From a virus, in IMG/VR virus record IMGVR_UViG_3300028394_000055, positions 1 to 64,000 of that record: DNA of 64,000 nt; one strand, written 5' to 3'. Under the pieces are notes generated by a model. That model worked only from the letters and a program-made list of their open reading frames with translations. It was not told the DNA's origin and did not search any database. The position numbers and the translations under genes are program-made. How positions within the stretch are numbered: position 1 is the stretch's first letter; every line of letters begins with the position of its first letter. Shown here piece by piece: positions 29,410-39,826 of the stretch.

Positions 29410-29865
29410 GTGAATTGGTACAGCAAAGTAAGCAAAGATATTGCTCACTTGCCAGGCTGTATTGATTACTATTACCTTGAATTAGACTCAGCAAGAGCAG
29501 AGGTTAAAATCCACGGAAACGTGGAAAAATCCTCTGCTGCTTTGCCTGGTATTGTTGCTCATCGATTTAATCAACTTCAAGAAATTGAAGGCATCTTAGA
29601 ATATCTAAACATTGAACTACGCCGTCTGCGTTCCAAAACTTTTAAGAAATATTTGGAAAACTATCAACGTGCTCTCAGCAGTAGAGACGTGGAAAAGTAT
29701 GTAGAAGGCGAAGCAGATGTGGTTGATATGGAAAAGATCATCAATGAGTTTGCACTACTACGCAATCAATGGCTAGGTATCATCAAGGGCTTAGATATCA
29801 AGCAATGGCAACTAAGTAATATTATCAAACTCCGAACAGCGGGTATGGAAGACGTTGTTATTTGA
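29410..29865 (+). CDS. uvsY: Recombination mediator UvsY-like
   Basis: Helical; YVEGEADV and KQWQLSNIIKLR..G C-terminus; context. Confidence 0.7.
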   Translation: MNWYSKVSKDIAHLPGCIDYYYLELDSARAEVKIHGNVEKSSAALPGIVAHRFNQLQEIEGILEYLNIELRRLRSKTFKKYLENYQRALSSRDVEKYVEGEADVVDMEKIINEFALLRNQWLGIIKGLDIKQWQLSNIIKLRTAGMEDVVI

Positions 29866-29905
29866 CACAGAAGGACTTGAGTCCTTTTGTGTTTTGTAGT
29901 ATAAT
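29866..29905 (+). promoter_or_regulatory. Hairpin/terminator overlapping a sigma70 promoter
   Basis: ACACAGAAGGAC-TTGA-GTCCTTTTGTGT stem; TTGAGT-17-TATAAT ending 6 nt before ATG 29912. Confidence 0.6.
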
Positions 29906-29911
29906 AATTGT

Positions 29912-31084
29912 ATGTATATTGAAGATCTACTCCCAACTTTATATCTGTCAGTTAAAACCAATCGTTATGATTCAACATTGATACAGAGTTTCTACGAGCA
30001 GGTAAATTACAGAAATTTAGGTTTTACAGAAAAACAATCTGTCATAATGCTAAAAATTTCAAAAACATACAAGCAACAAATCAATGCCCATTTAGGCAAA
30101 GATATAACAGCATTGTTGGACAATCCAAAATTTAAATTTAGTATCAGAACTATCAGTATGGTAAAACATATATCCACACATATTTCTGAAAGAATTATTA
30201 AAGTCAAGTTTCCTTATGAGGAAACACTTGTAAATGAGATTAAAAAAGTAAGAGGTGAGTTTTTACAAGCAGAATGGCAGTCCGATGACAAATTATGGAT
30301 TTTTTCTCTGGAAGATAAAGTTATAAATTTCTTTTCATCTTGGATTGAAAATTATAATTTCACAGCCGATGACGAATTTAAAAATTTTATTATTCAAATT
30401 GAGGCCATAACTTCAAATATTGAAAAACATATCCCCATGCTTATGTATGATGGCAAAAATACCAAATATTCCAACGTACATAGTAGTGTTCCGACGCTTA
30501 CCAGTAACGATATTTTGACATCTATATTTGAAGCAAGACGTGCTGGCATTACTACATGGGATAATAATGTTAATAATGAATTGGATAATTGTAATAAAAA
30601 TGAAATAGTCAAAAATTTCATAAAATCTGACCCATCCGACAATTTTTCCATAAATTTGGAAGAAAATTCAATTTTAGATTTAAAATCAATTGTGAAAAAT
30701 TTGTTGCCTTGTATTGTAACCGTGCCCGGTGGCAATGAATTAACTAAAATGCAACAGGCATTAGAATTATTAAAAGACATTGGTATTGAAAATCATGAAA
30801 TTAGCGTTTTGTTCCGGTTACCCAGCGATACTGGTGGAGATTTTAACAAATTTGTCAAAGAAGAAAAATTAAATTCTCCCATATCTGAAAAAACTAAAGT
30901 GGTAGTCCTTAGTGGAAAACTTCCTAAGACTATATTTGATTCTGAATTGAAATTTAATTGTGTTTTAAACTTTAATTTTTACAATGTGCATTATACTCTT
31001 GCTAATTTCATGAAAAACAGGCATAATGTTATTAACGTGTTAGCAGATAAAAAAACAAAGAGCCCGCAAATTGAGTACATGTAA
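29912..31084 (+). CDS. Hypothetical protein with HARP-like segment
   Basis: IKVKFPYEETLVNEIKK...W.SDDKLWIF; immediately upstream of the UvsW-like gene. Confidence 0.5.
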   Translation: MYIEDLLPTLYLSVKTNRYDSTLIQSFYEQVNYRNLGFTEKQSVIMLKISKTYKQQINAHLGKDITALLDNPKFKFSIRTISMVKHISTHISERIIKVKFPYEETLVNEIKKVRGEFLQAEWQSDDKLWIFSLEDKVINFFSSWIENYNFTADDEFKNFIIQIEAITSNIEKHIPMLMYDGKNTKYSNVHSSVPTLTSNDILTSIFEARRAGITTWDNNVNNELDNCNKNEIVKNFIKSDPSDNFSINLEENSILDLKSIVKNLLPCIVTVPGGNELTKMQQALELLKDIGIENHEISVLFRLPSDTGGDFNKFVKEEKLNSPISEKTKVVVLSGKLPKTIFDSELKFNCVLNFNFYNVHYTLANFMKNRHNVINVLADKKTKSPQIEYM

Positions 31085-32525
31085 AGTTATTATTAAAGAT
31101 GAAGTTAATGTTAAGATTGAAAATTTAGATCTCGACATTCGTAAGGCTCTGGTTAAAAAATTCAAGTACGAAGACCCTACTGCCCGCTTCAGACCCAGCT
31201 TCAAATTGGGTCGATGGGACGGTAGCATCAGTTTCTTTGGTCTTGGTGGATCGACTTATCTCAGTATGTTGGGTCCGGTGTTAGAGTACATTGAAAGTAA
31301 GAATTATTGCATTGAAGTTGAAGATCAACGTGTTCCAACTACCCTGGAATTTAGTGAGATTTTTGAGGATTTTTGGGGTGAAAAAACATGGCCTTTAGGA
31401 CATCGTTTTGCAGGTCATCTTATTCGATTACGAAATGACCAAGTTGATGTTATTAATAAGTTTTTAGAAAATCCTCAATGTCTCCAAGAAATTGCCACTG
31501 GTTTTGGTAAGACAATTACCACCGCAACTTTGGCGAAAATTTGTGAAAAATACGGTCGAACAATAACCATTGTTCCTAACAAAAGTCTAGTGGAACAAAC
31601 TGAAGAAGACTTTGTTAACGTTGGTTTAGACGTTGGTGTATACTACGGAGATAGAAAAAATCTCAACAAAACACATACAATCTGCACTTGGCAAAGTTTA
31701 AATATTTGGGATAAAAAAAGTAAAAATGATGACGAAATTTTACAAATTTCTGAGTTTTTAGCAGACGTAAGAACTGTCATGGTTGATGAGGTACATATGG
31801 CCAAAGCCGATGTATTGAAGAAATTACTCACACAGAATCTAAGTCATGTGCCAATCCGTTGGGGGTTGACCGGAACTATTCCAAAAGCAGAACATGAGTA
31901 TCAAGCATTACGTGCAAGCCTAGGAGAAGTGGTAAATGTGGTAAAAGCACATGAATTGCAAGAAGCGGGTATATTAAGCAATTGTCATGTGAATGTTGTA
32001 CAAACAGCAGAGTGGAAAGAATTTGGAAGTTATGCAGAAGAATTGAAATATCTTGTTACTGATAGCACAAGGATGACACATATCAGTAATATGATTCGTA
32101 ATATTGCAGCATCGGGAAATACCTTAGTCTTGGTTAATAGAATTGACTCAGGTAAATTTATTATCGAACAAATACCAGAAGCGGTGTTTGTTTCAGGTCA
32201 GGTTAAAACTAAAGACAGGAAAGAAGAGTATGATGAGATTAGAACAAGTGATAACAAGATTATTGTGGCGACTTTTGGTGTGGCCGCTGTGGGTATTAAT
32301 ATTCCTCGTATTTTTAATCTGGTTCTTTTGGAACCCGGAAAAAGCTTTGTTAGAGTTATACAATCGATTGGACGCGGTATTCGAAAAGCAGACGACAAAG
32401 ACTTCGTACAGATCTGGGATATAACCGCAGCCAGCAAATACGCTAAAAGACACTTGACAGAAAGAAAGAGGTTTTATAAAGAAGCCAAATACCCATTTAA
32501 CATTGAGAAAGTAAAATATATATAA
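31071..32525 (+). CDS. uvsW: SF2 DNA helicase UvsW-like
   Basis: WDG, ATGFGKT, DEVH, GLTGT, QSIGRGIR motifs. Confidence 0.9.
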   Translation: MSTCKVIIKDEVNVKIENLDLDIRKALVKKFKYEDPTARFRPSFKLGRWDGSISFFGLGGSTYLSMLGPVLEYIESKNYCIEVEDQRVPTTLEFSEIFEDFWGEKTWPLGHRFAGHLIRLRNDQVDVINKFLENPQCLQEIATGFGKTITTATLAKICEKYGRTITIVPNKSLVEQTEEDFVNVGLDVGVYYGDRKNLNKTHTICTWQSLNIWDKKSKNDDEILQISEFLADVRTVMVDEVHMAKADVLKKLLTQNLSHVPIRWGLTGTIPKAEHEYQALRASLGEVVNVVKAHELQEAGILSNCHVNVVQTAEWKEFGSYAEELKYLVTDSTRMTHISNMIRNIAASGNTLVLVNRIDSGKFIIEQIPEAVFVSGQVKTKDRKEEYDEIRTSDNKIIVATFGVAAVGINIPRIFNLVLLEPGKSFVRVIQSIGRGIRKADDKDFVQIWDITAASKYAKRHLTERKRFYKEAKYPFNIEKVKYI

Positions 32526-33028
32526 TGCAGATCTTGACACTAAACAATGAGATATTTTATCTCAACGAACTACCAGAAGAAGTAGATGACGATTTGAGAT
32601 TCGCAGTATTGGATAATAGTGATAGTAGTAACCCGGACTATTTTTTTATTCCACTAATATTCCTTGAGTCATTTACTGGCCCAGCAGCAGTATTAAAAAT
32701 AGGTAAACATGAACTTACTATGCCATTAGATTGGTGTGCTATTGTTGGTGATCCCGAAGGACCTGATATGGAAGTGCTGCCATTAACTAGTTTAAATGAT
32801 CGCGGTTTCAAAACATTCTGCTTTAATCCATTAAGTAGCTTTAGACCCGAATTTCATGAGATTGATATCATCGATGTCTATCAAGATGTTAAATGGTATT
32901 TTCCAAAGATGAAACCGGGACAATTATTATGTACACCATTAGAGCCAGGCCCAAAACCTACCTGTGCATATTTTGTTAAAGAAGTTAGTCGTCAAAGTGA
33001 ATTAGTGGATTATACAAGGTGCTGGTAA
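32525..33028 (+). CDS. Hypothetical protein
   Basis: 167-aa ORF with TAATG overlap. Confidence 0.7.
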   Translation: MQILTLNNEIFYLNELPEEVDDDLRFAVLDNSDSSNPDYFFIPLIFLESFTGPAAVLKIGKHELTMPLDWCAIVGDPEGPDMEVLPLTSLNDRGFKTFCFNPLSSFRPEFHEIDIIDVYQDVKWYFPKMKPGQLLCTPLEPGPKPTCAYFVKEVSRQSELVDYTRCW

Positions 33029-33029
33029 C

Positions 33030-33314
33030 ATGGGAAATCTTAAGCCTGGTGCTGTGTACACTTACACACAAAGAAATGGGATAACTTATGCAGAAGAATT
33101 CGGATCTAATGAAAATATTGCAGTAGGATGGAAATGGGATAACCGAACTAGTGACGGTAGACCACTGCACGATCATATAATGGATGATAAACTGTGGGGA
33201 GATATACGTAGAGAATCTAAGACCAATCCGGCTTTACATAATGCATTAGAACGTGTTAAAATAATATACTACCTAAGCAAAGATAAAGACAATATTAATC
33301 ATCATCCGGTATAA
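33030..33314 (+). CDS. Hypothetical protein
   Basis: 94-aa ORF within the operon. Confidence 0.65.
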   Translation: MGNLKPGAVYTYTQRNGITYAEEFGSNENIAVGWKWDNRTSDGRPLHDHIMDDKLWGDIRRESKTNPALHNALERVKIIYYLSKDKDNINHHPV

Positions 33315-33316
33315 TT

Positions 33317-33775
33317 ATGGCACTTGATATTAAGCGAGAACTTAAAGCAGTAGATCAAAAGACCTACAACTTTTATGATAATCTCACAGACGAAGAAAAG
33401 AAAGCATTTAGCCCTTATATCTTAATGAGATATACCGCTAGTGTACAGATGCCTGATAGGGACATACAAGAATGGTACGTTGAAATGACCAACGAAATGG
33501 TTAATAAAAATCACTGGGATCTTAGTAAGAAACATAAAGCATTATTGTGGAAATTGTTTGCTGCAACTGGAACTGGAGTTAACTGCTATCACCCATATCT
33601 AGCAGCAGGAAAAAAAGAAAAAGCAAATAAGATTGAACGACTATTATGCGAACTATATCCAGCAATGAAAATGAGTGATATTAAATTAATGGCTTCTATG
33701 ATGGAGAAAAAAGACAAAGAAGAACTCTTTGATAAAATGGGGTTTGATAAAAAGCAACGGAAAGACTACGAATGA
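33317..33775 (+). CDS. Possible clamp-loader small subunit (T4 gp62-like)
   Basis: EKKAFSPYILMRY motif and size; replication context. Confidence 0.4.
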   Translation: MALDIKRELKAVDQKTYNFYDNLTDEEKKAFSPYILMRYTASVQMPDRDIQEWYVEMTNEMVNKNHWDLSKKHKALLWKLFAATGTGVNCYHPYLAAGKKEKANKIERLLCELYPAMKMSDIKLMASMMEKKDKEELFDKMGFDKKQRKDYE

Positions 33776-34467
33776 TAGCATTGGTGGAACAACCATATAC
33801 TTGCGTACATTGCGGTAAGAGTTTTATGAAAGATAAAACTCTAGTAGCGCATATGTGCGAACGTAAACGTCGTGCTCTACAAAAAGATGAGAAACGTGTC
33901 CAAGCGGGTTTCATGGCATTTAATCGCTTTTGGCAATTGACACAAAATGCCAAGAAATCTAAATCATATGACGACTTTGCTGACAGCAGTTACTATAATG
34001 CCTTTGTAAAATTTGGTAGTTTTATTAATAATGTTAATCCATTATATCCAACTAAATTTGTAGATTATGTAATCAAAAGTGGCGTTAAATTGGACCACTG
34101 GTGCAGAGATGAAATGTATGAAAAATACCTATTTGATATACTAAAAGTTGAACCAGTGGAAAGTGCTGTACAAAGAAGTCTACAAACTATGATGGAATGG
34201 GGTGACTCACATAATGCAAATTTTGCACATTACTTTTCTTATGTTAGTCTAAACAAAGCGGTGCATGATATACTTAATGGTCATATTAGTTTTTGGATTA
34301 TAATGAATAGCAATACAGGCAAAACAATGATTGCCAACATGAGTGATGAACAATTGGTCATGATTGCTCCAGTATTTGATGTGCCATTTTGGATGAAGAA
34401 ATTTAAACAAAGCCCGGCGGATGTTGCACTGGTAAAAGAAATATGTTCGGAGGCAGGAATAAAATGA
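33772..34467 (+). CDS. Hypothetical protein with N-terminal C2H2/C2HC-type zinc finger
   Basis: YTCVHCGKSFMKDKTLVAHMC. Confidence 0.65.
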   Translation: MIALVEQPYTCVHCGKSFMKDKTLVAHMCERKRRALQKDEKRVQAGFMAFNRFWQLTQNAKKSKSYDDFADSSYYNAFVKFGSFINNVNPLYPTKFVDYVIKSGVKLDHWCRDEMYEKYLFDILKVEPVESAVQRSLQTMMEWGDSHNANFAHYFSYVSLNKAVHDILNGHISFWIIMNSNTGKTMIANMSDEQLVMIAPVFDVPFWMKKFKQSPADVALVKEICSEAGIK

Positions 34468-34853
34468 GTCAAGAAAATATTAAAAAATTTCTACAGTATC
34501 ATCATATACAAGTTATTGATGATAACAAACGTGCCCATAAAATGACACGTATGCATGTGAAATATTTTAACAACCCTGCTGACTATAACGAATTAACAGC
34601 AATGAATGCTATGAATTTTGAAACTGAAAGATTACTGACAGTGGAAATTGCAGAGAGTGAGTTAGAACGTATCGCAGATATCGAAGCAGAAGTTTTTAAT
34701 AACTTACATGAGCGTGGTCATTATAGAATGTTTGAACATATGACTGAATTAAAAGAACGTGAAAAGTATATTAAGAACAAATATCCAGCAGTAAAGAAAG
34801 CCTACGAACATTATAGCCTACTGTTAAAACTAGCAGAGAGCGGCGAACTATGA
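34464..34853 (+). CDS. Hypothetical protein
   Basis: ATGA overlaps at both ends. Confidence 0.65.
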   Translation: MSQENIKKFLQYHHIQVIDDNKRAHKMTRMHVKYFNNPADYNELTAMNAMNFETERLLTVEIAESELERIADIEAEVFNNLHERGHYRMFEHMTELKEREKYIKNKYPAVKKAYEHYSLLLKLAESGEL

Positions 34854-35023
34854 AAATACCAAAAGAAGGAAGTAGGTGGGCCACTATTACCGAAACATTT
34901 GTTGTACTACATACAATTGAATTAAACGGGCATATGTGGATTCATTATAGACTAGAATCTAGTGATCGAGAATATAGTTGCTATGTGGAAAGTTTCTTAG
35001 AAAGATTTACACCCGTATTATGA
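34850..35023 (+). CDS. 57-aa hypothetical protein (not in ORF track)
   Basis: MKIPKEGSRW...FLERFTPVL; ATGA overlaps at both ends. Confidence 0.65.
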   Translation: MKIPKEGSRWATITETFVVLHTIELNGHMWIHYRLESSDREYSCYVESFLERFTPVL

Positions 35024-35547
35024 AACAAAAGTTTATTGACCTATATATGGACTGGGCTACTCGTACTGCCCAACTTAGCCATGCCCGACGATTACAGGTA
35101 GGTGCGGTCATTGTCAAGGACGACAGTGTGATCAGTTATGGATATAATGGTATGCCCGCAGGTTGGGATAACAACTGCGAGAATAAAGAATATATGGGCG
35201 GTAGTGCCGGTGGTTGGCTCGATCCTGAAGAGATTTACGAACAGTGGCCATTTGAAGAAACCGTAGTAGTCGCAAACGATAATGAAAGTTTTGAAACTAC
35301 TCGTCGATATAAACTAAAAACTAAACCAGAGGTATTACATGCAGAATCTAATGCAATTGCAAAATTGGCGAAGTCTAATAACAGTGGGGCTGGGGCTGAC
35401 TTATTTGTTACTCACGGTCCTTGCCTCGAGTGTGCCAAGCTCATTCATCAGTCAGGTATTAGTCGGGTATGGTATAGTAAAAACTATAGAGATGATGCGG
35501 GAATCAAATTCTTAGTCATGTCGGGTGTAAAGGTTGAACAAATATAA
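35020..35547 (+). CDS. dCMP deaminase
   Basis: VGAVIV..GYNG, HAESNAI, PCLECAK. Confidence 0.92.
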   Translation: MKQKFIDLYMDWATRTAQLSHARRLQVGAVIVKDDSVISYGYNGMPAGWDNNCENKEYMGGSAGGWLDPEEIYEQWPFEETVVVANDNESFETTRRYKLKTKPEVLHAESNAIAKLAKSNNSGAGADLFVTHGPCLECAKLIHQSGISRVWYSKNYRDDAGIKFLVMSGVKVEQI

Positions 35548-36122
35548 TGGACATAGATATAGACTTTCCTGATAGAAAGAAAATACTTGATATAATCAAG
35601 CATATTCCAGCACGTCTCGAAGATGGAAAGAAACATAACACAGGTGTGTATTGTCACGAAATTCCTTACAACCCATTAACTGATACCGCCAGTATTGATT
35701 ATAAATCTGCAGAGGAACGTGGATACTTTAAGATCGATTTCTTAAATGTTGGTGCTTATGTTGGTGTCCGAGATGAACTACATCTTACTCAATTACTTGA
35801 CACAGAACCATTATGGGATTTACTATACGAGAAAGATGTATGTAATCAACTGTTCCATATTAATGGATATCACAATTTATTAAATGAATTGAGACCTAAA
35901 AGTATATTAGAACTAGCCATAGTCCTTGCCATGATCAGACCTGGTAAGAAACATCTCATTCCAATATGCAAGGACAAGGGATTCCAATCCATCAATGATG
36001 AAATATGGATTAAAAGTGAAGATTCCTATTTCTTTAAGAAGGCTCATGCTGTTTCCTATGCTAGTGTTATTGTGGTACAGTTGAATCTAATATGTGAACA
36101 ACTTAGTTACGGATATTCTTAG
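35547..36122 (+). CDS. Miniature DNA polymerase III alpha (DnaE)-like protein
   Basis: DIDIDF, KHNTGVY, GYFKIDFL, LAMIRPG, YFFKKAHAVSY. Confidence 0.75.
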   Translation: MDIDIDFPDRKKILDIIKHIPARLEDGKKHNTGVYCHEIPYNPLTDTASIDYKSAEERGYFKIDFLNVGAYVGVRDELHLTQLLDTEPLWDLLYEKDVCNQLFHINGYHNLLNELRPKSILELAIVLAMIRPGKKHLIPICKDKGFQSINDEIWIKSEDSYFFKKAHAVSYASVIVVQLNLICEQLSYGYS

Positions 36123-36480
36123 GATTTCTGACTAGTTGTATTGATTTTCTTTTTATTCTTTTCTCGGCAATTTCACGTAGATTAACTATGGGTCCAAACA
36201 TTATTTCAACATCCTTACTGTTGAATGTCTTTATGTAACTTCTAAAAACTTGCATCTCCCTTTTTAAAAATATATTGATTGGTATTTTACGATTGCTTTC
36301 CCACCACCATACTTCACCTAATTCTAAAAAAGATTTACGCTGAGTTTCATTGATTATCATGGCCAAATCATACATGCTGGTCACATATTCATCACAATTG
36401 ATAATGATACCCACATACTCTTTGTCGTTAGACTTTAGGCATGATACAAAGGGAAAGTTGTCCTGAAACTGGTTACTCAT
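36103..36480 (-). CDS. Hypothetical protein
   Basis: 125-aa ORF with WWWESNRKIPINIFL. Confidence 0.65.
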   Translation of the reverse strand: MSNQFQDNFPFVSCLKSNDKEYVGIIINCDEYVTSMYDLAMIINETQRKSFLELGEVWWWESNRKIPINIFLKREMQVFRSYIKTFNSKDVEIMFGPIVNLREIAEKRIKRKSIQLVRNPKNIRN

Positions 36481-36501
36481 TAGGGTTTAAATAAATACAT
36501 T

Positions 36502-37335
36502 ATGCAAATTTTACCAATCTATTTATACGCAAACAAACTCGATGTAACACTAGATTTGGACGCTACAATCAGGGGAGTAAATCAGGTTATGTATCAACGA
36601 GACCTAACAATACAAAAAGGGATCAGAAATCAAATTAGGATCCAATTTAAAAATAGCGACCAAAAACGTGTGTCTGTTGCTACTACACAAACTGTTATCT
36701 TCAGTATGTTTGATGCTATAAATCAACGTATGATGGTGGAGAAAGTACTGGAAGTATTACCTGAAACTACTAGCACTAAAGGTATGGCACTGCTTACCCT
36801 AGACGAAAGCGATACACTAGATTTAGATAAATCCAGTTATACCTACAGCGTAAAATTGAGAACACTAGACGGAACTTATATTCCTGCTTATTCTAATACT
36901 TACTATGGTATGAATGGTACATTACATGTGGCTAATGATGTATTTCCTGTGTTGAAAGATAGTACTAAAATTACTAGTTTCCTTCCTACATATAATTCAT
37001 CCACTCGTTTGTATGAATATAAAAGCGGAAATATATATGCTAATTCAGAATATAACGGAAACTCCGGACTGCATACTGTTGCACTTTATATGACTGCATA
37101 CAAAGGATTGGTGCTTATACAAGGCACTTTGGATAATAATCCAACTGATGATCGCAGTTACTATACTATCAACACCAAAGTATATGCTGGCTTTACTGGT
37201 ATTGATCATGCTAACTTTAATGGCGTATATACCTATATCCGAATTGTATACATCCCCGCTAAAGGACCTATTGACCCAAATAACGATAATCCTAATTTCT
37301 TCGGATCTTTTGACAAAGTACTATATAGAAGTTAA
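36502..37335 (+). CDS. Putative virion structural protein
   Basis: Beta-rich 277-aa ORF; TAAATA 4 nt before ATG. Confidence 0.55.
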   Translation: MQILPIYLYANKLDVTLDLDATIRGVNQVMYQRDLTIQKGIRNQIRIQFKNSDQKRVSVATTQTVIFSMFDAINQRMMVEKVLEVLPETTSTKGMALLTLDESDTLDLDKSSYTYSVKLRTLDGTYIPAYSNTYYGMNGTLHVANDVFPVLKDSTKITSFLPTYNSSTRLYEYKSGNIYANSEYNGNSGLHTVALYMTAYKGLVLIQGTLDNNPTDDRSYYTINTKVYAGFTGIDHANFNGVYTYIRIVYIPAKGPIDPNNDNPNFFGSFDKVLYRS

Positions 37336-37338
37336 AAT
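37310..37338 (+). promoter_or_regulatory. sigma70 promoter of primase (probably leaderless)
   Basis: TTGACA-17-TAAAAT ending 5 nt before ATG 37344. Confidence 0.7.
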
Positions 37339-37343
37339 AGTGC

Positions 37344-38345
37344 ATGACTGAAATTCAGGCTGCACTACAGGCTCTACTACCACCTAATCGAAAACTTACA
37401 TCCGGAGGCTGGGTAAGTTTTAATGCCGTCTGCTGCCATAATAGGGGCGATCGCCCAGATACTAAAAAACGTGGCGGCGTTCTATTCACCGATGAAGGAT
37501 TTACTTATCATTGTTTCAACTGTGGATTTAAAGCAGGGTGGAGTCCGGGCAAACTACTCAGTGCCAATACTAAATCATTATTCAAATGGTGTGGTATGGG
37601 CGACTCTGATATAAGCCGATTGGGTTTGATAACACTGAAGTTTAAAGAAGATCAACCCCAAACTAAAAAGGCATTAAATTTTGTACTAGAGGAACGACCA
37701 TTGCCGGAAGGCGCCATGCTACTCAAAGAGTGGGCACTGGCAGTTTGGAAGCCCGGCGCCGAAGAAGACATGATTCGAGTGTTTGAATACCTAGTGAGCA
37801 GAGGTATGGATCTAGATTGGTATGATTGGATGTGGACTCCTGCTCCTGGATACAAAGATCGATTGCTTATACCTTTCTATCAGGATGGCAAGGTGGTAGG
37901 ATATACTGGTCGTAAGATCACTGAGGGTAAACCTAAATATCTTACAGATAGTCAAAACGGCTACGTGTTTAACCTAGATAGACAGACCTATGATAGGTCA
38001 TGTGTTATAGTAGTAGAAGGACAGTTTGATGCTATTGCTATAGATGGTGTGGCCATAATGACTAATGACCCTAACGAAACTCAATGCGCTAGATTAAATG
38101 CTTTGGGTAAACAAGTTATTGTGGTACCAGATAGAGATCGCCCTGGCGCTAAACTAATAAAGGCAGCACTGGCAAATGGGTGGGATGTGAGCTTACCACC
38201 TTGGGAAGATGATATTAAAGACGTTGCTGATGCTGTGAAGCGATATGGTAGAGTTTATACACTAACCACAATCTTACACTACCTCGAAACAAATAAGATA
38301 AAAATACAACTACTACAGAAAAAATTAGAGGCGCTAAATGAATAA
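37344..38345 (+). CDS. DNA primase (T4 gp61-like)
   Basis: Zn ribbon (CCH...HCFNC), TOPRIM VVEGQFDA, PDRD, KDVAD. Confidence 0.9.
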   Translation: MTEIQAALQALLPPNRKLTSGGWVSFNAVCCHNRGDRPDTKKRGGVLFTDEGFTYHCFNCGFKAGWSPGKLLSANTKSLFKWCGMGDSDISRLGLITLKFKEDQPQTKKALNFVLEERPLPEGAMLLKEWALAVWKPGAEEDMIRVFEYLVSRGMDLDWYDWMWTPAPGYKDRLLIPFYQDGKVVGYTGRKITEGKPKYLTDSQNGYVFNLDRQTYDRSCVIVVEGQFDAIAIDGVAIMTNDPNETQCARLNALGKQVIVVPDRDRPGAKLIKAALANGWDVSLPPWEDDIKDVADAVKRYGRVYTLTTILHYLETNKIKIQLLQKKLEALNE

Positions 38346-39822
38346 AAAAGAAAAACAACCAAAACCAAACTATAATGCAGAGATGCAGAAACTATATTTG
38401 GAAATGTTTATGTCAGATGCTGAAACTTTTGTACGCTGCCAAAATATCTTTGATCCATTGAATTTTGATCAACGCTTCCAGGATACAGCAGAATTCATTA
38501 CCAAATACGTTGATGAATATAAGATCATGCCCGAGGTGGCAATTGTTAATGCAAGTTGTAGATCTGAACTGCAATCTATACAATTACCCAAAGAAAACTA
38601 TGAATGGCTGATGGACGAGTTTGAAAACTTTAGTAGACATAAAGCACTTGAACGTGCCATCATTGAGAGTGCCGATCTGCTGGAAGCAGGTGACTATGGA
38701 CCAGTTGAGAAACTGATCAAAGACGCTATACAGATATCACTGAACAAGGATATGGGTACAGATTACTTTGAAGATCCAAGAGCACGACTTACTAAACTTA
38801 AAGACGGTAATGGTCAAATATCCACAGGTTGGCCCAGCATTGATCGCAAGTTGTATGGTGGATTCAATAGAGGTGAACTCAACATCTTCTGTGCAGGATC
38901 AGGTGGTGGTAAAAGTTTGTTTCTTGCAAATTTAGGCGTGAACTGGGCACAACAAGGTCTTAATGTATTGTATCTAACTTTCGAATTGGCAGAAGGATTA
39001 GTATCAATGCGTATAGATAGCATGATGACAGGTATTGGTACTAGAGAGATCTTTAAAAGCCTTGACGAGGTTGAACTTAAAGTAAAAATACTAGGAAAAA
39101 AATCTGGTAACTTGCAAATCAAATATATGCCCAGTGGTAAGAACTGTAATGACATTAGGGCATATCTAAAAGAATATCAGGTTAAGAAAGGATGTAAACC
39201 TGACGTTATCTTAATTGACTATTTGGACTTGATGATGCCATTATCAGTTAAAGTTAGTCCAAGTGATTTGTTTGTTAAAGACAAATATGTAAGTGAAGAG
39301 ATTCGCAATCTAGCAATGGAAACACAATGTATTACTGTTACTGCTAGTCAATTGAATCGTAGTGCTGTTGAAGAAATTGAGTTTGATCATAGTCATATCT
39401 CAGGGGGACTTAGTAAGATCATGACAGCGGATAATGTGATCGGCATCTTTACAAGTAGAGCAATGAAAGAACGTGGACGTTATCAAATACAGTTTATGAA
39501 GACACGTAGTTCAAGCGGTGTTGGACAGAAAGTTGACTTGGAGTTTAATGTTGATACCCTACGCATTACTGATCTAGGTGAAGATAGCGATAGTATTAGT
39601 TTTAGTCAGGGCGGTGGACAATCTAATGCTAGCGGTGGTAGTTCTATGATGAATGGGTTTAAACGTACTAGTACAGTATCTACTTCAACTGAAGAACCAG
39701 TTAAATGGGAAAGGCCTACACCTGCTGAAGGGTGGAGTATCGATAAACCTAATCGAACTCCTATTAAGGTAGCCGGCGACATCCGCAGTATGCTTAGTTC
39801 TTTAAATAGCGAAAAGGACTAA
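38338..39822 (+). CDS. Replicative DnaB-like helicase (T4 gp41-like)
   Basis: GSGGGKS, IDYLDLM, TASQLNR, KTR motifs. Confidence 0.92.
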   Translation: MNKKEKQPKPNYNAEMQKLYLEMFMSDAETFVRCQNIFDPLNFDQRFQDTAEFITKYVDEYKIMPEVAIVNASCRSELQSIQLPKENYEWLMDEFENFSRHKALERAIIESADLLEAGDYGPVEKLIKDAIQISLNKDMGTDYFEDPRARLTKLKDGNGQISTGWPSIDRKLYGGFNRGELNIFCAGSGGGKSLFLANLGVNWAQQGLNVLYLTFELAEGLVSMRIDSMMTGIGTREIFKSLDEVELKVKILGKKSGNLQIKYMPSGKNCNDIRAYLKEYQVKKGCKPDVILIDYLDLMMPLSVKVSPSDLFVKDKYVSEEIRNLAMETQCITVTASQLNRSAVEEIEFDHSHISGGLSKIMTADNVIGIFTSRAMKERGRYQIQFMKTRSSSGVGQKVDLEFNVDTLRITDLGEDSDSISFSQGGGQSNASGGSSMMNGFKRTSTVSTSTEEPVKWERPTPAEGWSIDKPNRTPIKVAGDIRSMLSSLNSEKD

Positions 39823-39826
39823 CATA

